This document shows, piece after piece, positions 1 through 11,040 of a stretch of 64,000 nucleotides of DNA. The stretch's first letter is position 1, and each line of letters begins with the position of its first letter. The stretch spans positions 1,472,001-1,536,000 of the forward strand of contig OZ220480.1 of assembly GCA_965116025.1 (NCBI GenBank), written 5' to 3'. This DNA is from an uncultured candidatus Porisulfidus sp. (GTDB lineage: Bacteria; Pseudomonadota; Gammaproteobacteria; Poriferisulfidales; Poriferisulfidaceae). The position numbers and the translations under genes are program-made. Below the pieces are notes generated by a model. That model worked only from the letters and a program-made list of their open reading frames with translations, searched no databases and was not told where the DNA came from.

Positions 1-3000
1 GGCTTCACGGCCGTTCTCTCCATTCCGCTGATTCCGCATCCCGCCGAGGCGGCGGCCACGGGGAATTGCGGCGCTCTTCCCAGCGGCTCGGGCGCCGCCG
101 AGGTCACTTGCGACGACCCGACCTACACCAAGGCCGATGGCCCGCCGATCGGGTACGATCTCGCCGCGCCAGGCCGGAGCGTGACGCTGACGGTCAAGCC
201 TTCCGGGGCGGGCACGGTCACCATCACGTCTAGCGGGATCCCCAGCGGCGCGAGCGACGCTCGGCCGGGGATCGTCCTGAGCGGGCCCGGCGCCCTGAAG
301 AAAGTCGTTCTCGATGGGCGGGTCCGCATTGAGAGCGGCGCGAGCCGGCGGCTCGTGACGGGGCTGCCCACGACGGTGACGGTCACGCGCATCGGGAAGG
401 CCATTGATTCGAGGGACCGCGGGGCGGGGCTCAACCACGGCGTCTACGTGAAGCACTTGGGAAGCGACGCCGACGCTCAGAAGGACCGCGCCGAGGTGAT
501 GGTGGGAGCCGAGGCGAGGATCGGAACCGAAGGCAAGCCGATGGGCGGGTACGGGGTTCTGGCGTACTTCCAGCACGCCACCGATGTCGGCGTGACGAAC
601 GCGGGCGAGATTTACGGGATGTATGCCGGGATACTGGCGCATCGCTCGGGCGAGGGCGACACCGTGATCAAAACAGCGAAGAATAGCGTGACCTCGCAAG
701 GGATCCGGGCGTCAGCGGGGAATCTCCAGGACGAGGATCTGCATGAGAACTGGCTTAGGGATGTATGGATAGCCCCGGGCGAGTCCCCTGGAGGCGGTGA
801 CATCACGATCATCCATGAGGGCAAGATCGTGGTCCAAACCGACCCGCTCCGCTATCTGACCACGACGACCCCGACGGCGTTTAGACACGTGGAAGGTCGA
901 AGCTCGTATGCGCGCGCCGGGATTCACGTGTTTCACCAGGACAAGAGCGCTCCGGCCGCGGACGGGCAGGCCAGCAGCGAGATCTCGATCACGTCGAGCG
1001 GCGACATCGAGATCGTGACGGATCCAGGCGTCGAGCCACGGTGGGGAACGCGAGGCATTCAAGTCATAACGAAAGGAGACGACGATTCGGTGGTTCCGGT
1101 CACGGTCGACGTGACGGGAGGAAGCATCATGGGAGAGGGAAGAGGAGACGCCCACGCGATCCAGATTCACCATGAGCATAACGGGGGGCTGATCAAGGTG
1201 GATCTGGCGGGCGCGATCACCGGGGCGGGGGGCGTGAGTGGACATGGGGACGGCATTCATGTGTATCGGTACCGACCGACCAAACCGGCGGCCGCCGTGA
1301 AATCCAGCGGCATCGAGGTGACGCTGAGGTCCGGGGCGCGGATCGGCGTGGAGGGAGACGAGCCGACCGTGGGCCGGCATGGCGTGTTCATCCAGCAGCA
1401 AATCTACGGAGGATCGATCCGGGTGGCCGTGTCCGAGGGAGCGAGGATCGGGACCGCGGGGACTCCGGTTGGCGGGCACGGCGTGCTCGCTGATGTCATA
1501 GAAGCTGCTGACGAGGCTGACGTCATGGTCACCAACGAAGGCTTCATTCACGCGAAGGGCTCGGGGGTGGTCGCTGTGCATCGCGGTTCGGGCGACGTGG
1601 TGGCGAAGCACCTGAAGGGCGAGATAATCGCGGGCGACGCGCCCGACATCTTCGACTTGCTAACGGAGGATCACCCGACGCAACTGGCGGACTTGAAGTC
1701 CCGAACCGCCGGCATCCTCGCCGTCCATGGAAGCTCGAGATTCAAAACGCCCGAAGGCGAGACGTTCAATGAAAATGATCCCTCCACCTACACCACCGAG
1801 ACCGGGAAGATCGAGATCGCGTCGAAAGCGGACATCACGTCGAAGGGCGACGGAATTCTCGCCTATGTGAAAGATCTGGACGATACGGGTGATGTGCGAG
1901 CCGGAAAAATGATCATCCCGATCATGATCGATGTTTCAGGCGGGACGATCATGGCGGACGGGCATGGTGTCTACGCGGAGACGGCCACGACCTACGACGA
2001 TCCCACGGAAGCCGGGAAGATCGAGGTCACGGTGGGGGAGATGGCGACGATCCGAGCCAAGAAGGATGGCGTTCACGTCAAGGGGATGCGGACCTTCGCG
2101 TCCGACCACGCCCGGAAGGGACAATACGACCAGACGGTCACCATCAACGGCAAGGTGATGGGCGGCGGTGGAGACTATGTTGGCGTTCGGATGGTGAAGG
2201 GCGGGACGCTGGTGATCGGGAGCGGCGGGCCGGAGGCGCGGCTCAGGGCGGCCTCGGGCGTGGCGGTCCACGCGGACGGGGCTCTGACCATCACGATGAG
2301 CAAGACCGCCGACGGGCGCATCGGCTGGGTCGTGGGGAAGATCCAGAACGGCGACAGCGGCGACACGACCTTCGCGGGCGTGGAAGTGGGGAAGACGTAC
2401 CTTCTTCAGGATTGGGAGGAGACGAAGGGGATATACGACACGACGATCGAGCGGAAGGTGACCTTGAGGGAACGCGCGGACGAGGACTATCACGAGTTCG
2501 AGCTGGTCTCGCAAGAGGAGATCGTTCGGGAGTACCATGATCGGGCTCGGGTGTACGAGGCGCTGCCGTCGGTGCTGCTGGAGATGAGCGCGCCGGGCGG
2601 TCGTCAGGCGCGGTTGTCGGCGACGCGGGACGGCGGTGGCGCGTGGGCGCGGGTTTTGGCGAGCGACGGCGAGCGTGAGGCGGAGACGTCCACGACGGCG
2701 ATGGACACGGCGGGGCATGATCTGTCCTGGGACTTCGAGCGCTGGGGCGTGGAGACGGGCTTCGCCGTTCCCACGGACCTGCCGGGCGTGACGCTGGGGG
2801 TGAGCGCGCACTACCGTGATGGCGAGGCGGACGTCGAGCGCGGCGGGAAGATCGAGGTCTCGGGCGTGGGCGTCGGGGTATCGGCGACTTGGTGGGGTGA
2901 GGATGGCTGGTACGCGGACGGGGAGTTCTCGTACACGCGTTTCGAGGATGTCGACCTGAGCTCGGAGACTCGGGGGATGGTGGCGTCCGGATTGGACGGA

Positions 3001-3438
3001 GAGGGTCACGCGATCGGCGTGGAGGTCGGCAGGCGCATGGAGATGGACGGCTTCGCGCTGGTTCCGCGCGGGGGATTGACGTGGACTTGGGTGGACGTCG
3101 ACGGCTTCGCCGACGTATCGGGCGTTGCTGGGAGCGGTCGGGCGTCGTTCCGCTCGGAGGACAGCGTGAGAGCGCGGGTCGGGGCGCTGCTGGAGAATGG
3201 CCAGACGTACGCGTCTCTGGACGTGGAGCGTGAGTTCTCGGAGAGCCGGGAGGCGATGGCGTCGGGAGCGCGGTTGCGCTCGGAGGTGGAGTCTACGTGG
3301 GCGCGCGTGGGCGTTGGGGGCGTGATGGTCTTGGATGAGAAGGGAGAGTCGACGCTCTCGGGAGAGGCGCACTACGCGGCGTCGGACGGCGACAATCACG
3401 ATTACGGCGCGAGCGTCCTTCTGAAGGTCCGCTTCTGA
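1..3438 (+). CDS. Autotransporter (type Va) paralog 1, 5'-truncated by the window edge
   Basis: Frame is open from base 1 (GFTAVLSIPLIPHPAEA..., the end of a signal peptide matching paralog 2). Gly/Val/Ile-rich beta-helix-like passenger with repeated V.V..GARIG...P.G.HGV units. C-terminal amphipathic beta-barrel ending DYGASVLLKVRF (terminal Phe). Confidence 0.9.
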   Translation, partial: GFTAVLSIPLIPHPAEAAATGNCGALPSGSGAAEVTCDDPTYTKADGPPIGYDLAAPGRSVTLTVKPSGAGTVTITSSGIPSGASDARPGIVLSGPGALKKVVLDGRVRIESGASRRLVTGLPTTVTVTRIGKAIDSRDRGAGLNHGVYVKHLGSDADAQKDRAEVMVGAEARIGTEGKPMGGYGVLAYFQHATDVGVTNAGEIYGMYAGILAHRSGEGDTVIKTAKNSVTSQGIRASAGNLQDEDLHENWLRDVWIAPGESPGGGDITIIHEGKIVVQTDPLRYLTTTTPTAFRHVEGRSSYARAGIHVFHQDKSAPAADGQASSEISITSSGDIEIVTDPGVEPRWGTRGIQVITKGDDDSVVPVTVDVTGGSIMGEGRGDAHAIQIHHEHNGGLIKVDLAGAITGAGGVSGHGDGIHVYRYRPTKPAAAVKSSGIEVTLRSGARIGVEGDEPTVGRHGVFIQQQIYGGSIRVAVSEGARIGTAGTPVGGHGVLADVIEAADEADVMVTNEGFIHAKGSGVVAVHRGSGDVVAKHLKGEIIAGDAPDIFDLLTEDHPTQLADLKSRTAGILAVHGSSRFKTPEGETFNENDPSTYTTETGKIEIASKADITSKGDGILAYVKDLDDTGDVRAGKMIIPIMIDVSGGTIMADGHGVYAETATTYDDPTEAGKIEVTVGEMATIRAKKDGVHVKGMRTFASDHARKGQYDQTVTINGKVMGGGGDYVGVRMVKGGTLVIGSGGPEARLRAASGVAVHADGALTITMSKTADGRIGWVVGKIQNGDSGDTTFAGVEVGKTYLLQDWEETKGIYDTTIERKVTLRERADEDYHEFELVSQEEIVREYHDRARVYEALPSVLLEMSAPGGRQARLSATRDGGGAWARVLASDGEREAETSTTAMDTAGHDLSWDFERWGVETGFAVPTDLPGVTLGVSAHYRDGEADVERGGKIEVSGVGVGVSATWWGEDGWYADGEFSYTRFEDVDLSSETRGMVASGLDGEGHAIGVEVGRRMEMDGFALVPRGGLTWTWVDVDGFADVSGVAGSGRASFRSEDSVRARVGALLENGQTYASLDVEREFSESREAMASGARLRSEVESTWARVGVGGVMVLDEKGESTLSGEAHYAASDGDNHDYGASVLLKVRF
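2019..3438 (+). repeat. Copy 1 of a ~1.42-kb near-identical direct repeat (autotransporter 3' part)
   Basis: Aligns to 28279-29698 with the same offset (26260) at both ends; only scattered substitutions by eye. Confidence 0.9.
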
Positions 3439-3450
3439 TCGGCTTCTGAT

Positions 3451-3488
3451 CGCGGCCCCGGCGGCGATCAGCCGGGGCCGCGTCTTGT
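3451..3488 (+). terminator. Probable intrinsic terminator after autotransporter 1
   Basis: 12-bp stem CGCGGCCCCGGC / GCCGGGGCCGCG with an 8-nt loop, followed by TCTTGT. Confidence 0.7.
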
Positions 3489-3764
3489 ATCGGGATGGCC
3501 GCGCGGGCTCTCCTACAAAAGATCCGAGACGCGCGACCAGCGCCCCGATGGCGTCCATGCGCGATTTTGGGAGTGCGGCGGTGGAGGAGCGCGGGCCGCT
3601 GGCATGATAGGTTTGAGGTCGTTCGCGTGATAAGGCCGGAGCGCGCGGAATCTATCGGAGCTCGGAAGGCGGCGTTCTCTCCCCAAGAAGCCGGATATAT
3701 GAGGTCGGATGTATGCGTGCGGCTGATCGAGCTTCCGATTTGTGGGGAGGGGACGAACCATATA

Positions 3765-3772
3765 TGTATAAT
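3765..3772 (+). promoter_or_regulatory. Sigma70 -10 element of the rpsB promoter
   Basis: TGTATAAT in an AT-rich patch about 150 nt upstream of rpsB. Confidence 0.6.
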
Positions 3773-3799
3773 GAGTTCTCGCGGGCGAGTCCCGCGAAT

Positions 3800-3860
3800 T
3801 TCGCGTCCGGACCGACACGAGCGACGGGTGCCCCGCGGGGTTGTCGCGAGGGGTTTGGGC
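3800..3860 (+). ncRNA. rpsB leader / S2 autoregulatory RNA (t44-like); boundaries approximate
   Basis: CGACAC...GGGTGCCCCGCGGGGTTGTCG resembles the gammaproteobacterial rpsB 5'UTR core; correct position. Confidence 0.6.
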
Positions 3861-3921
3861 AGTTTGACAACCCGAAAGGTTTCGGATCTTGAAGATCTGG
3901 AGCCGCACTAGGAGGGCCGCG

Positions 3922-4755
3922 ATGCCGTGCGCCACCTTGCGCGAGATGCTGGAGGCCGGAGTCCACTTCGGACACCGGACCCGATTCTGGAACCCCAGTA
4001 TGGCGCCGTATATCTTCGGCGAGCGCAACAAAATCCACATCATCAACCTTGAGATCACCCAGCGCTTGCTGGACGAGGCCGCCGAAAGGTTGCGCCAATG
4101 GGCCGCCGAGGGCAAGACGATCCTGATCGTCGGCACCAAGCGCGCGGCGCAGGACATCGTTCGCGCCAAGGCCGAGGAGTGCGGCATGCCGTACGTCTCG
4201 CAACGCTGGCTGGGCGGAACGTTGACCAACTTCCACACCGTGCGGAATTCTCTCAAGCGCTTGGAGGACCTCAAGCGCATGGAGGGAGAGAACCTGATGG
4301 CGCGCGTCAGCAAGAAAGAAGCGTTGCGCCTGACCCGCGAGAAGCTCAAGCTGGAGCGTAGCTTGGGCGGCATCGAGGGCATGGAGCGGCTTCCGGATGC
4401 CCTGTTCGTGATTGACGTTCGCTACGAGGGCATCGCGGTGCGCGAGGCGCGGCGCTTGGGCATTCCGGTCGTCGCGGTGGTGGACAGCAACAGCTCCGTC
4501 AAGGGCATCGACCACGTGATTCCAGGCAACGACGACGCGATCCGCTCGATCCAGTTGTATATGGACGTGGTCAGCGCCGCGATCCAGAAAGGGCGTGAGC
4601 GAGCCGAGGAAGAGGGACTGGAGATTGACGCGCCGGCCTCGCGCGGGCCCGCGATCACGCGCAAGGGTCGGCGGGCCCGACTCAGCGTCGAGCCGAAGCC
4701 GGAGGAGCTTCCAGACGCGCCCGAGGGACCCGCGCCCGAAGCGGCAGTCGGCTAA
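3922..4755 (+). CDS. rpsB: 30S ribosomal protein S2
   Basis: [20 protein letters not shown] and PGNDDAIRS motifs; AGGAGG SD before ATG 3922. Confidence 0.98.
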   Translation: MPCATLREMLEAGVHFGHRTRFWNPSMAPYIFGERNKIHIINLEITQRLLDEAAERLRQWAAEGKTILIVGTKRAAQDIVRAKAEECGMPYVSQRWLGGTLTNFHTVRNSLKRLEDLKRMEGENLMARVSKKEALRLTREKLKLERSLGGIEGMERLPDALFVIDVRYEGIAVREARRLGIPVVAVVDSNSSVKGIDHVIPGNDDAIRSIQLYMDVVSAAIQKGRERAEEEGLEIDAPASRGPAITRKGRRARLSVEPKPEELPDAPEGPAPEAAVG

Positions 4756-4774
4756 TGGTCTTGAGGATAATCTC

Positions 4775-5653
4775 ATGAAGATTACGGCAGGACTCGTGAA
4801 GGAGTTGCGCGCCCGCACCGGGGTGGGGATGATGGAATGCAAGCGCGCGTTGAGTGAGGTCGACGGTGATCTTGACGCCGCTGTTCAGCGCCTGCGCGCG
4901 TCTGGGCGGATGAAGGCGGACCAGAAGTCAGCGCGCGCGGCGGCCGAGGGAGCGCTGGCGCTCGCGAAATCGGAGGACGGTTCGCGCGCGGTTCTGGTGG
5001 AGGTCAACAGCGAGACCGATTTTGTCGCCAAGGACGATGGCTTTCTGGCGTTCGCGCAGGCGTGCGCCGACGCGGCTCTGGCCTCAGGAGCCGAGACCGT
5101 CGAGGAGCTGATGGCCCAGACGATCGCCGATGGCCGCGCGCTTGAGGACGAGCGCCGCGACTTGGTGGCGCGGCTAGGCGAGAACGTCCAGGCGCGCCGC
5201 TTTCGATGTCTCGACGCCGCTGGCGCCGCGCTTGGTTGCTACCTGCATGGCCAGCGGATCGGAGTGGTGGTGGTGTTCTCCGGTGAGCCCGAGTTGGGAC
5301 GTGATCTGGCGATGCATGTCGCGGCGTCCCGCCCGGTGTGCGTGGACGAGAACGATGTTCCGAAAGACCTTCTGGAGCGAGAGCGTTCCGCGCTGGCCGC
5401 GCAGGCCCGCGAATCCGGAAAACCTCCGGAGATCATGGAGAAGATGATCGCTGGGCGATTGCGCAAGTATTTGTCCGAGATCACGTTGCTGGGTCAGCCG
5501 TTCGTCCGCGACCCGGACGTGACGGTGGGCGAGCTGCTTCGCTCGCGGGACTCCTCGGTGCGGGATTTCGCGCGTCTGGAAGTCGGCGAGGGAATCGAGA
5601 GAAAACAGGAAAACTTCGCTGAGGAAGTCCGCGCGCAGGCGCGCGGGAGCTGA
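4775..5653 (+). CDS. tsf: Elongation factor Ts
   Basis: [19 protein letters not shown] and EVNSETDFV; follows rpsB. Confidence 0.98.
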   Translation: MKITAGLVKELRARTGVGMMECKRALSEVDGDLDAAVQRLRASGRMKADQKSARAAAEGALALAKSEDGSRAVLVEVNSETDFVAKDDGFLAFAQACADAALASGAETVEELMAQTIADGRALEDERRDLVARLGENVQARRFRCLDAAGAALGCYLHGQRIGVVVVFSGEPELGRDLAMHVAASRPVCVDENDVPKDLLERERSALAAQARESGKPPEIMEKMIAGRLRKYLSEITLLGQPFVRDPDVTVGELLRSRDSSVRDFARLEVGEGIERKQENFAEEVRAQARGS

Positions 5654-5663
5654 CGCGCCCGCC

Positions 5664-6392
5664 ATGTCCGCCGCCTACCGCCGCGTCCTTTTGAAGATCA
5701 GCGGTGAGGCCTTGATGGGCGCGAGCCGCTATGGCATCGACCCGGAGACGGTGCGCCGACTGGCCACCGACTTGGCCCGGGCGCAAGGCGAGGGGGTCCA
5801 GATCGCGGTGGTGGTCGGCGGCGGAAACATCGTTCGGGGCGAGGGGCTCGAGACCGCCGGGATCGACCGGGTCGCCGGTGACCACATGGGCATGCTGGCG
5901 ACCTTGATCAACGCGCTGGCTCTTCAGGAATCGGTGGAGCAGCGGCAGGTCGCGTGCCGGGTGATGTCCGCGATCCCGGTGCCGCAGGTCTGCGAGGCCT
6001 ACATTCGCCGTCGCGCCGTGCGCCACCTCGAGAAAGGGCGTCTGGTGGTGTTCGCCACCGGCACCGGCAACCCGTTTTTCACGACCGACACCGCCGCTAG
6101 TCTGCGCGCCGTGGAAGTGGGCGCGGATCTCTTGGTCAAGGCGACCAAGGTGGACGGGGTGTACTCTGGCGATCCGCTCTCCGAGCCGGACGCGCGGCGC
6201 TTCGAGCGAATCGACTACGATGACGCGTTGCGACGCAAGCTTGGGATCATGGACTCGACCGCCTTGGTGCTGTGTCGAGACAATCGAGTCCCGATCCGGG
6301 TGTTCAACATGTTCGAGGACGGCGCCCTGCTTCGGCTGATCGCTGGCGAGCCGGTCGGCACCCTCGTGCGCGCGGAGGCGGGGCATGCGTGA
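5664..6392 (+). CDS. pyrH: UMP kinase
   Basis: [16 protein letters not shown] and [11 protein letters not shown]. Confidence 0.98.
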   Translation: MSAAYRRVLLKISGEALMGASRYGIDPETVRRLATDLARAQGEGVQIAVVVGGGNIVRGEGLETAGIDRVAGDHMGMLATLINALALQESVEQRQVACRVMSAIPVPQVCEAYIRRRAVRHLEKGRLVVFATGTGNPFFTTDTAASLRAVEVGADLLVKATKVDGVYSGDPLSEPDARRFERIDYDDALRRKLGIMDSTALVLCRDNRVPIRVFNMFEDGALLRLIAGEPVGTLVRAEAGHA

Positions 6393-6942
6393 GGAGATCC
6401 TGTCCGACGCCGCCGAGCGCATGCGCAAAAGCCTAAGCGTGCTGGGCGAGGCGCTGACCCGCATTCGCACTGGACGCGCCCATCCCAGCTTGCTGGATCC
6501 GATCAAGGTCGAGTACTACGGAGCCGATGTGCCGATTTCGCAGGTTGGCAGCGTGACGGTGGAGGAGGGTCGCACGCTGGTGGTGCAGGTGTGGGAGAAA
6601 GACATGGTGGAGACGGTGGAGAAGGCGTTGTTGAACTCCGACTTGGGCATCACGCCGGCTAGCGCAGGGCAGGTCGTGCGCTTGCCGATGCCGCCGCTCA
6701 CTGAGGAGCGGCGCCGGGCCCGGGCTCGGCAGGTGCGGGAGACTCTGGAGGAGGCGCGGGTCTCGATCCGCAATGTGCGCCGCGACGCCAACCACATGCT
6801 CAAGGACCTGCTTCGGGAGAAGGAAATCGGCGAGGACGAGGAGCGCCGCGACCAGGAGGCGGTGCAGAAGCTCACCGACGACTCCATCCGTCAGGCGGAG
6901 CGGATGGCGACGGATAAGGAAAAAGCCCTGCTGGAGATCTGA
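6385..6942 (+). CDS. frr: Ribosome recycling factor
   Basis: [19 protein letters not shown] and RNVRRDA. Confidence 0.98.
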   Translation: MREEILSDAAERMRKSLSVLGEALTRIRTGRAHPSLLDPIKVEYYGADVPISQVGSVTVEEGRTLVVQVWEKDMVETVEKALLNSDLGITPASAGQVVRLPMPPLTEERRRARARQVRETLEEARVSIRNVRRDANHMLKDLLREKEIGEDEERRDQEAVQKLTDDSIRQAERMATDKEKALLEI

Positions 6943-6954
6943 GGGTTCCGAAGA

Positions 6955-7668
6955 GTGATTCGCGAGCTCGCTCCGCGACGGCCTGATCTCCCGGCTCATG
7001 TCGCGCTGATCTTGGACGGCAACCGTCGTTGGGCGCGTCAGCGCGAGCGGTCTCACGAGGCTGGCTATCGCGCGGGCGTTCGGGCTACCCGCTCCTTGGT
7101 GGAGCACGCCGCGCGCCGCGGGATCCCGGTTCTCACCGTGTTCGCGTTCAGCAGCGAGAATAGCAAGCGGCCCAAGCCGCAGGTGGAGCTGCTGATGAGC
7201 TTGCTGATCGAGACGCTGGACGCCCAGGCCCACGAGCTCGTGGAACGGGGCGTTCGCCTGCGCTTCATTGGCGAGAGGGACCGGTTGTCGGGCCGGATTC
7301 GGTCTCGAATCCGAAAAATAGAGGCGCAGGCCCCGGATGAGCCGAGCCTGATCTTGTGCGTGGCCTTGCACTACGGCGGCCGCCAAGACCTGGTGGACGC
7401 TTTCCAGCGTTGCCGAGCGAAGGACGCGGACGCCATCGGGGAGGAGGAGGTGTCGCGGGCCCTCGGAACCGCGGGCCTGCCGGACCCGGACCTGCTAATT
7501 CGCACCGGAGGTGAATTCCGGCTAAGCAACTTCCTGCTATGGCAGCTGGCGTACACTGAGTTGTACTTCACCGATTGCCTGTGGCCGGATTTCGACGAGA
7601 AGGAATTCGACCGCGCTCTGGAGTGGTTCGCGGCGCGCGAGCGCCGTTATGGGGGAAGCTCCGGATGA
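6955..7668 (+). CDS. uppS: Undecaprenyl/polyprenyl diphosphate synthase
   Basis: HVALILDGNRRWA and PDLLIRTGGEFRLSNFLLWQLAY. Confidence 0.96.
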   Translation: MIRELAPRRPDLPAHVALILDGNRRWARQRERSHEAGYRAGVRATRSLVEHAARRGIPVLTVFAFSSENSKRPKPQVELLMSLLIETLDAQAHELVERGVRLRFIGERDRLSGRIRSRIRKIEAQAPDEPSLILCVALHYGGRQDLVDAFQRCRAKDADAIGEEEVSRALGTAGLPDPDLLIRTGGEFRLSNFLLWQLAYTELYFTDCLWPDFDEKEFDRALEWFAARERRYGGSSG

Positions 7669-8525
7669 GCGAGTTCCAGAAGCGTCTCGGCACCTCCGCC
7701 ACCCTGTTGCTCGTGGTCGCGGCCGCGCTGATTTCGATCGAGTTCGGGATCTTCGCGCCTTGGTTCGTTCTCGTCGCGGCGGCGGGGGCGGTCGCGACTT
7801 GGGAATGGGCCGGATTGCTGGGCTTGCGCGGTGGGCTCCGGGCGCTTCACGTGATCGCGTGCGCGGGCGTGACCGTATCGATTCTGCCCTTGGACTCGCG
7901 GATTTCTGGAGTCGTGTTCGGAATGACGCAAGGCCTCGCGGCCACGCCAGCTTCCGATATCGTCTTTGGAATGGTGATCGGGCTGTGGGGACTGGCGTTG
8001 TTGCGCGTCGCGGGAGTTCCGTTCCCGGCGCGCGCCGAACGCATCTTCTTCGGAGCGCTGGGTCTGGTCGCGCCGCCCGCGGCCGTGGTCATCCTCACGA
8101 GCGGCGCTGGAATGATCCTGTGGCTGTTGCTGGTGGTGGTCATCGTGGCGGACACGGCCGCCTACGGATTCGGTCGCCGTTTCGGCCGGACCGCGCTGGC
8201 GCCGGAGATTTCCCCGAGCAAGACTCGCGCTGGTTTCGTTGGCGCCTTGCTGGCGGTGGCGGGCGTGGCCGTGCTGGCGGCATGGGAGCTCGACTTTCCT
8301 CCGGCGACTTGGTTCTCCTTCGTCGGTCTAGCCTTGCTGACGGCTTGCTTCAGCGTGGTCGGAGACCTTTCGATCAGCCGCCTCAAGCGCATGGCGGGAG
8401 TCAAGGATAGCGGCCGGATTCTGCCTGGACACGGGGGAGTTTTGGACCGGGTCGATGGTTTGCTGGCGGCGTCGGTGGCGTTCGCTTTCGGCGACGTGGC
8501 GCTGTCGAGGGTTCTTCCGACGTGA
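7665..8525 (+). CDS. cdsA: Phosphatidate cytidylyltransferase
   Basis: ISPSKT and KRMAGVKDSGRILPGHGGVLDRVD; hydrophobic; ATGA overlap with uppS. Confidence 0.96.
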   Translation: MSEFQKRLGTSATLLLVVAAALISIEFGIFAPWFVLVAAAGAVATWEWAGLLGLRGGLRALHVIACAGVTVSILPLDSRISGVVFGMTQGLAATPASDIVFGMVIGLWGLALLRVAGVPFPARAERIFFGALGLVAPPAAVVILTSGAGMILWLLLVVVIVADTAAYGFGRRFGRTALAPEISPSKTRAGFVGALLAVAGVAVLAAWELDFPPATWFSFVGLALLTACFSVVGDLSISRLKRMAGVKDSGRILPGHGGVLDRVDGLLAASVAFAFGDVALSRVLPT

Positions 8526-9688
8526 GCGCGATGCGACTGACGGTGCTAGGCGCCTCGGGCACGATTGGCGTCAACACGCTGGATCTCGCCGCGCGTCATC
8601 CCGACCGCGTCGAGGTGTTCGCGCTCGCCGCCCGGTCGGATCACCCGACTTTGCTTGAGCAGTGCCGCCGGCATCGCCCTCGGTACGCCGCCTTGGTCGA
8701 CGCGGAGGCCGCGAGAAGCCTGCGCGCGGCCCTGCGCGCGGAGTCGCTTGACACCGAGGTCCTCCAGGGAGCCGGGGAGCTACGGGACTTGGCGAGCGAT
8801 CCGCGCGCCGACTGCGTGATGGCCGGGATCGTCGGATTGGCGGGGCTGGAGCCGACGCTGGCCGCGGTGCGCGCTGGGCGAAAGACGCTGCTCGCCAACA
8901 AGGAGGCGCTGGTGGCGGGCGGCGGGCTGTTCATGGACGAGGTGCGACGGCACGGTTGCGAGCTGGTGCCGGTCGACAGCGAGCACAACGCGCTGTTCCA
9001 GTGCCTGGCGAGCTCCTCGCCTGAGGCGATCGAGCGGGCGACCTTGACGGCTTCGGGCGGACCGTTTCGGGAGACCCCGCTGGAACGGCTCGACGAGGTC
9101 ACCCCGGACCAGGCATGCGCGCACCCGAATTGGTCGATGGGCCGAAAGATCTCCGTGGACTCCGCGACCATGATGAACAAGGGACTGGAGCTGATCGAGG
9201 CGCGCTGGCTGTTCGGCTTGGACGCCGATCGCGTGGACGCCGTGATCCATCCAGAGTCGATCGTTCATGCTCTGCTGACCCTGCGCGATGGCTCCACGCT
9301 GGCCCACTTGGGACCAGCTGATATGCGCGTGGCCATTGGGTACGCGCTGTTCGGGCGCGCGCGCCCGCCTTCTGGAGTCGAGCCCCTGAATCTGGCGGAA
9401 TGCGCGCCGCTGAACTGGTATCCGCCACCGCCTGGACGCTACCCATGCCTGGATCTGGCGCGGCAGGCGATGCGAAAGAATGGTTTCGCGCCGATCGTTC
9501 TGAACGCGGCCAACGAGGTCGCGGTCGACGGGTTTTTGCGGGAGCGCATACGGTTTCCGCGGATCGCGGCGGTGGTGGAGCGCACGCTGGAGGAGATTCC
9601 CTCGGGCGAGCCAGAGGGCATTGATGACATCCTCGAGGCGGACGGCGCGGCGCGCGAGCGCGCCCGACGCGCCATGGAGGCGCCATGA
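8522..9688 (+). CDS. dxr: 1-deoxy-D-xylulose 5-phosphate reductoisomerase
   Basis: LANKEALV, PVDSEH and HPNWSMGRKISVDSATMMNKGLE. Confidence 0.98.
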   Translation: MSAMRLTVLGASGTIGVNTLDLAARHPDRVEVFALAARSDHPTLLEQCRRHRPRYAALVDAEAARSLRAALRAESLDTEVLQGAGELRDLASDPRADCVMAGIVGLAGLEPTLAAVRAGRKTLLANKEALVAGGGLFMDEVRRHGCELVPVDSEHNALFQCLASSSPEAIERATLTASGGPFRETPLERLDEVTPDQACAHPNWSMGRKISVDSATMMNKGLELIEARWLFGLDADRVDAVIHPESIVHALLTLRDGSTLAHLGPADMRVAIGYALFGRARPPSGVEPLNLAECAPLNWYPPPPGRYPCLDLARQAMRKNGFAPIVLNAANEVAVDGFLRERIRFPRIAAVVERTLEEIPSGEPEGIDDILEADGAARERARRAMEAP

Positions 9689-11040
9689 TCGTCGTGGTCA
9701 GTCTGGTGGCGTTCTTGGTCGCCATCTCGGCGCTCGTGACGTTCCACGAGCTTGGGCACTACTGGGTCGCTCGGCTTTGCGGCGTGACGGTGTTGCGGTT
9801 CTCGGTAGGCTTCGGGCGGCCGCTGTGGCGCCGGGTTTCGCGAAACGGAACCGAATGGGTGATCTCCGCTCTTCCGTTTGGCGGATACGTGAGGATGCTG
9901 GACCGGCGCGAATTCAAGAAGATCCCGGAGGAGCTCGAGGATGGGGAGTTCACTAGAAAGCCCCTGTATCAGCGAGCGGCGATCATCGCCGCCGGGCCGC
10001 TGTTCAACTTGCTGCTGGCCTTCCTCCTCTACTCTCTGGTGTTCATGACGGGCGAGCCTGGCCGACGGCCCCTGATCGGCCATGTGGCGGCAGGCTCCCC
10101 GGCCGCCGCCGCGGGGCTTCTTCCCGGAGACGAGTTGCTGTTCGTCAATGGAGAGCGGACGCGCACTTGGCAAGCCTTCATCGTGCCGCTTCTGGACACC
10201 GGTCTTGGCGACGGAGTCATGAGCATGGAGGTCCGTCGCGCTAATGGCGGCTTGGCGACGCTGGCGGTGGACTCGGGCTCGCGATTGCTGGAGGACGAGA
10301 ACGTCTTCAGCACGCTCGGGATGTTCCCTCTGCGCCCGACCTCCACGACCGTGATCGGCTCCGTCATGGATGGCGGACCGGCCGCGAGCGCTGGCATGCG
10401 CGGCGGCGATCGCGTGCTAAGCTTCGACGGTTTCCCGGTCACGAGTTGGGAAGGAATGTCGGAGTACGCGCGCGCGCGACCGGGACGGACCATGACGGTC
10501 GAGTTCGAGCGCGACGGACGGACCTCGCGGCGGGACGTTCGCGTCGAGGCGGCCGACGTCTCGGGCGAGACGGTCGGGCGAATCGGGATCGCCGCGTATC
10601 GCGACGAGGAACTCGCCGAGCGCTTGCGCGTCGTCGAGCGCTATCCGATCGGGCGGAGCCTGGTTCTGGGGGCGGAGCGGACCTGGGACTTCAGCGTCCT
10701 GACCGTGCGCTTGATCGGGCAATTGCTCACCGGCGGCGCGGCGCTCAAGAATATCAGCGGACCGGTCGGCATCGCCGAGTTCGCGGGAACGTCGGCCATG
10801 ATCGGGCTGGCGGCGTTCCTCTCCATGCTGGCTCTGCTGAGCGTCAGTCTGGGGATCCTCAATCTGCTTCCGATCCCGATCCTGGACGGTGGGCATCTGG
10901 TATATTGCTTGCTTGAGGCGCTGACCGGCCGGCCGGTGTCGGCGCGGTTCGAGGCCATCGCCCAGCGCCTAGGCATCGTCATGCTGGCGGCGCTGATGGG
11001 GCTCGCCCTTTACAATGACTTCGCTCGATTGCTGGGATAG
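9685..11040 (+). CDS. rseP: RIP metalloprotease RseP
   Basis: HELGH, two PDZ-like domains and NLLPIPILDGGH. Confidence 0.97.
   Translation: MIVVVSLVAFLVAISALVTFHELGHYWVARLCGVTVLRFSVGFGRPLWRRVSRNGTEWVISALPFGGYVRMLDRREFKKIPEELEDGEFTRKPLYQRAAIIAAGPLFNLLLAFLLYSLVFMTGEPGRRPLIGHVAAGSPAAAAGLLPGDELLFVNGERTRTWQAFIVPLLDTGLGDGVMSMEVRRANGGLATLAVDSGSRLLEDENVFSTLGMFPLRPTSTTVIGSVMDGGPAASAGMRGGDRVLSFDGFPVTSWEGMSEYARARPGRTMTVEFERDGRTSRRDVRVEAADVSGETVGRIGIAAYRDEELAERLRVVERYPIGRSLVLGAERTWDFSVLTVRLIGQLLTGGAALKNISGPVGIAEFAGTSAMIGLAAFLSMLALLSVSLGILNLLPIPILDGGHLVYCLLEALTGRPVSARFEAIAQRLGIVMLAALMGLALYNDFARLLG

Noticed and set aside
1936-3558. Long antisense and alternate-frame ORFs (e.g. 1936-3558, 10979-12712, 20068-21861, 26051-27733, 33850-35247, 43886-45397)
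   Set aside because: Shadow ORFs of real genes in high-GC DNA; Arg/Pro/His-rich with no recognisable motifs.
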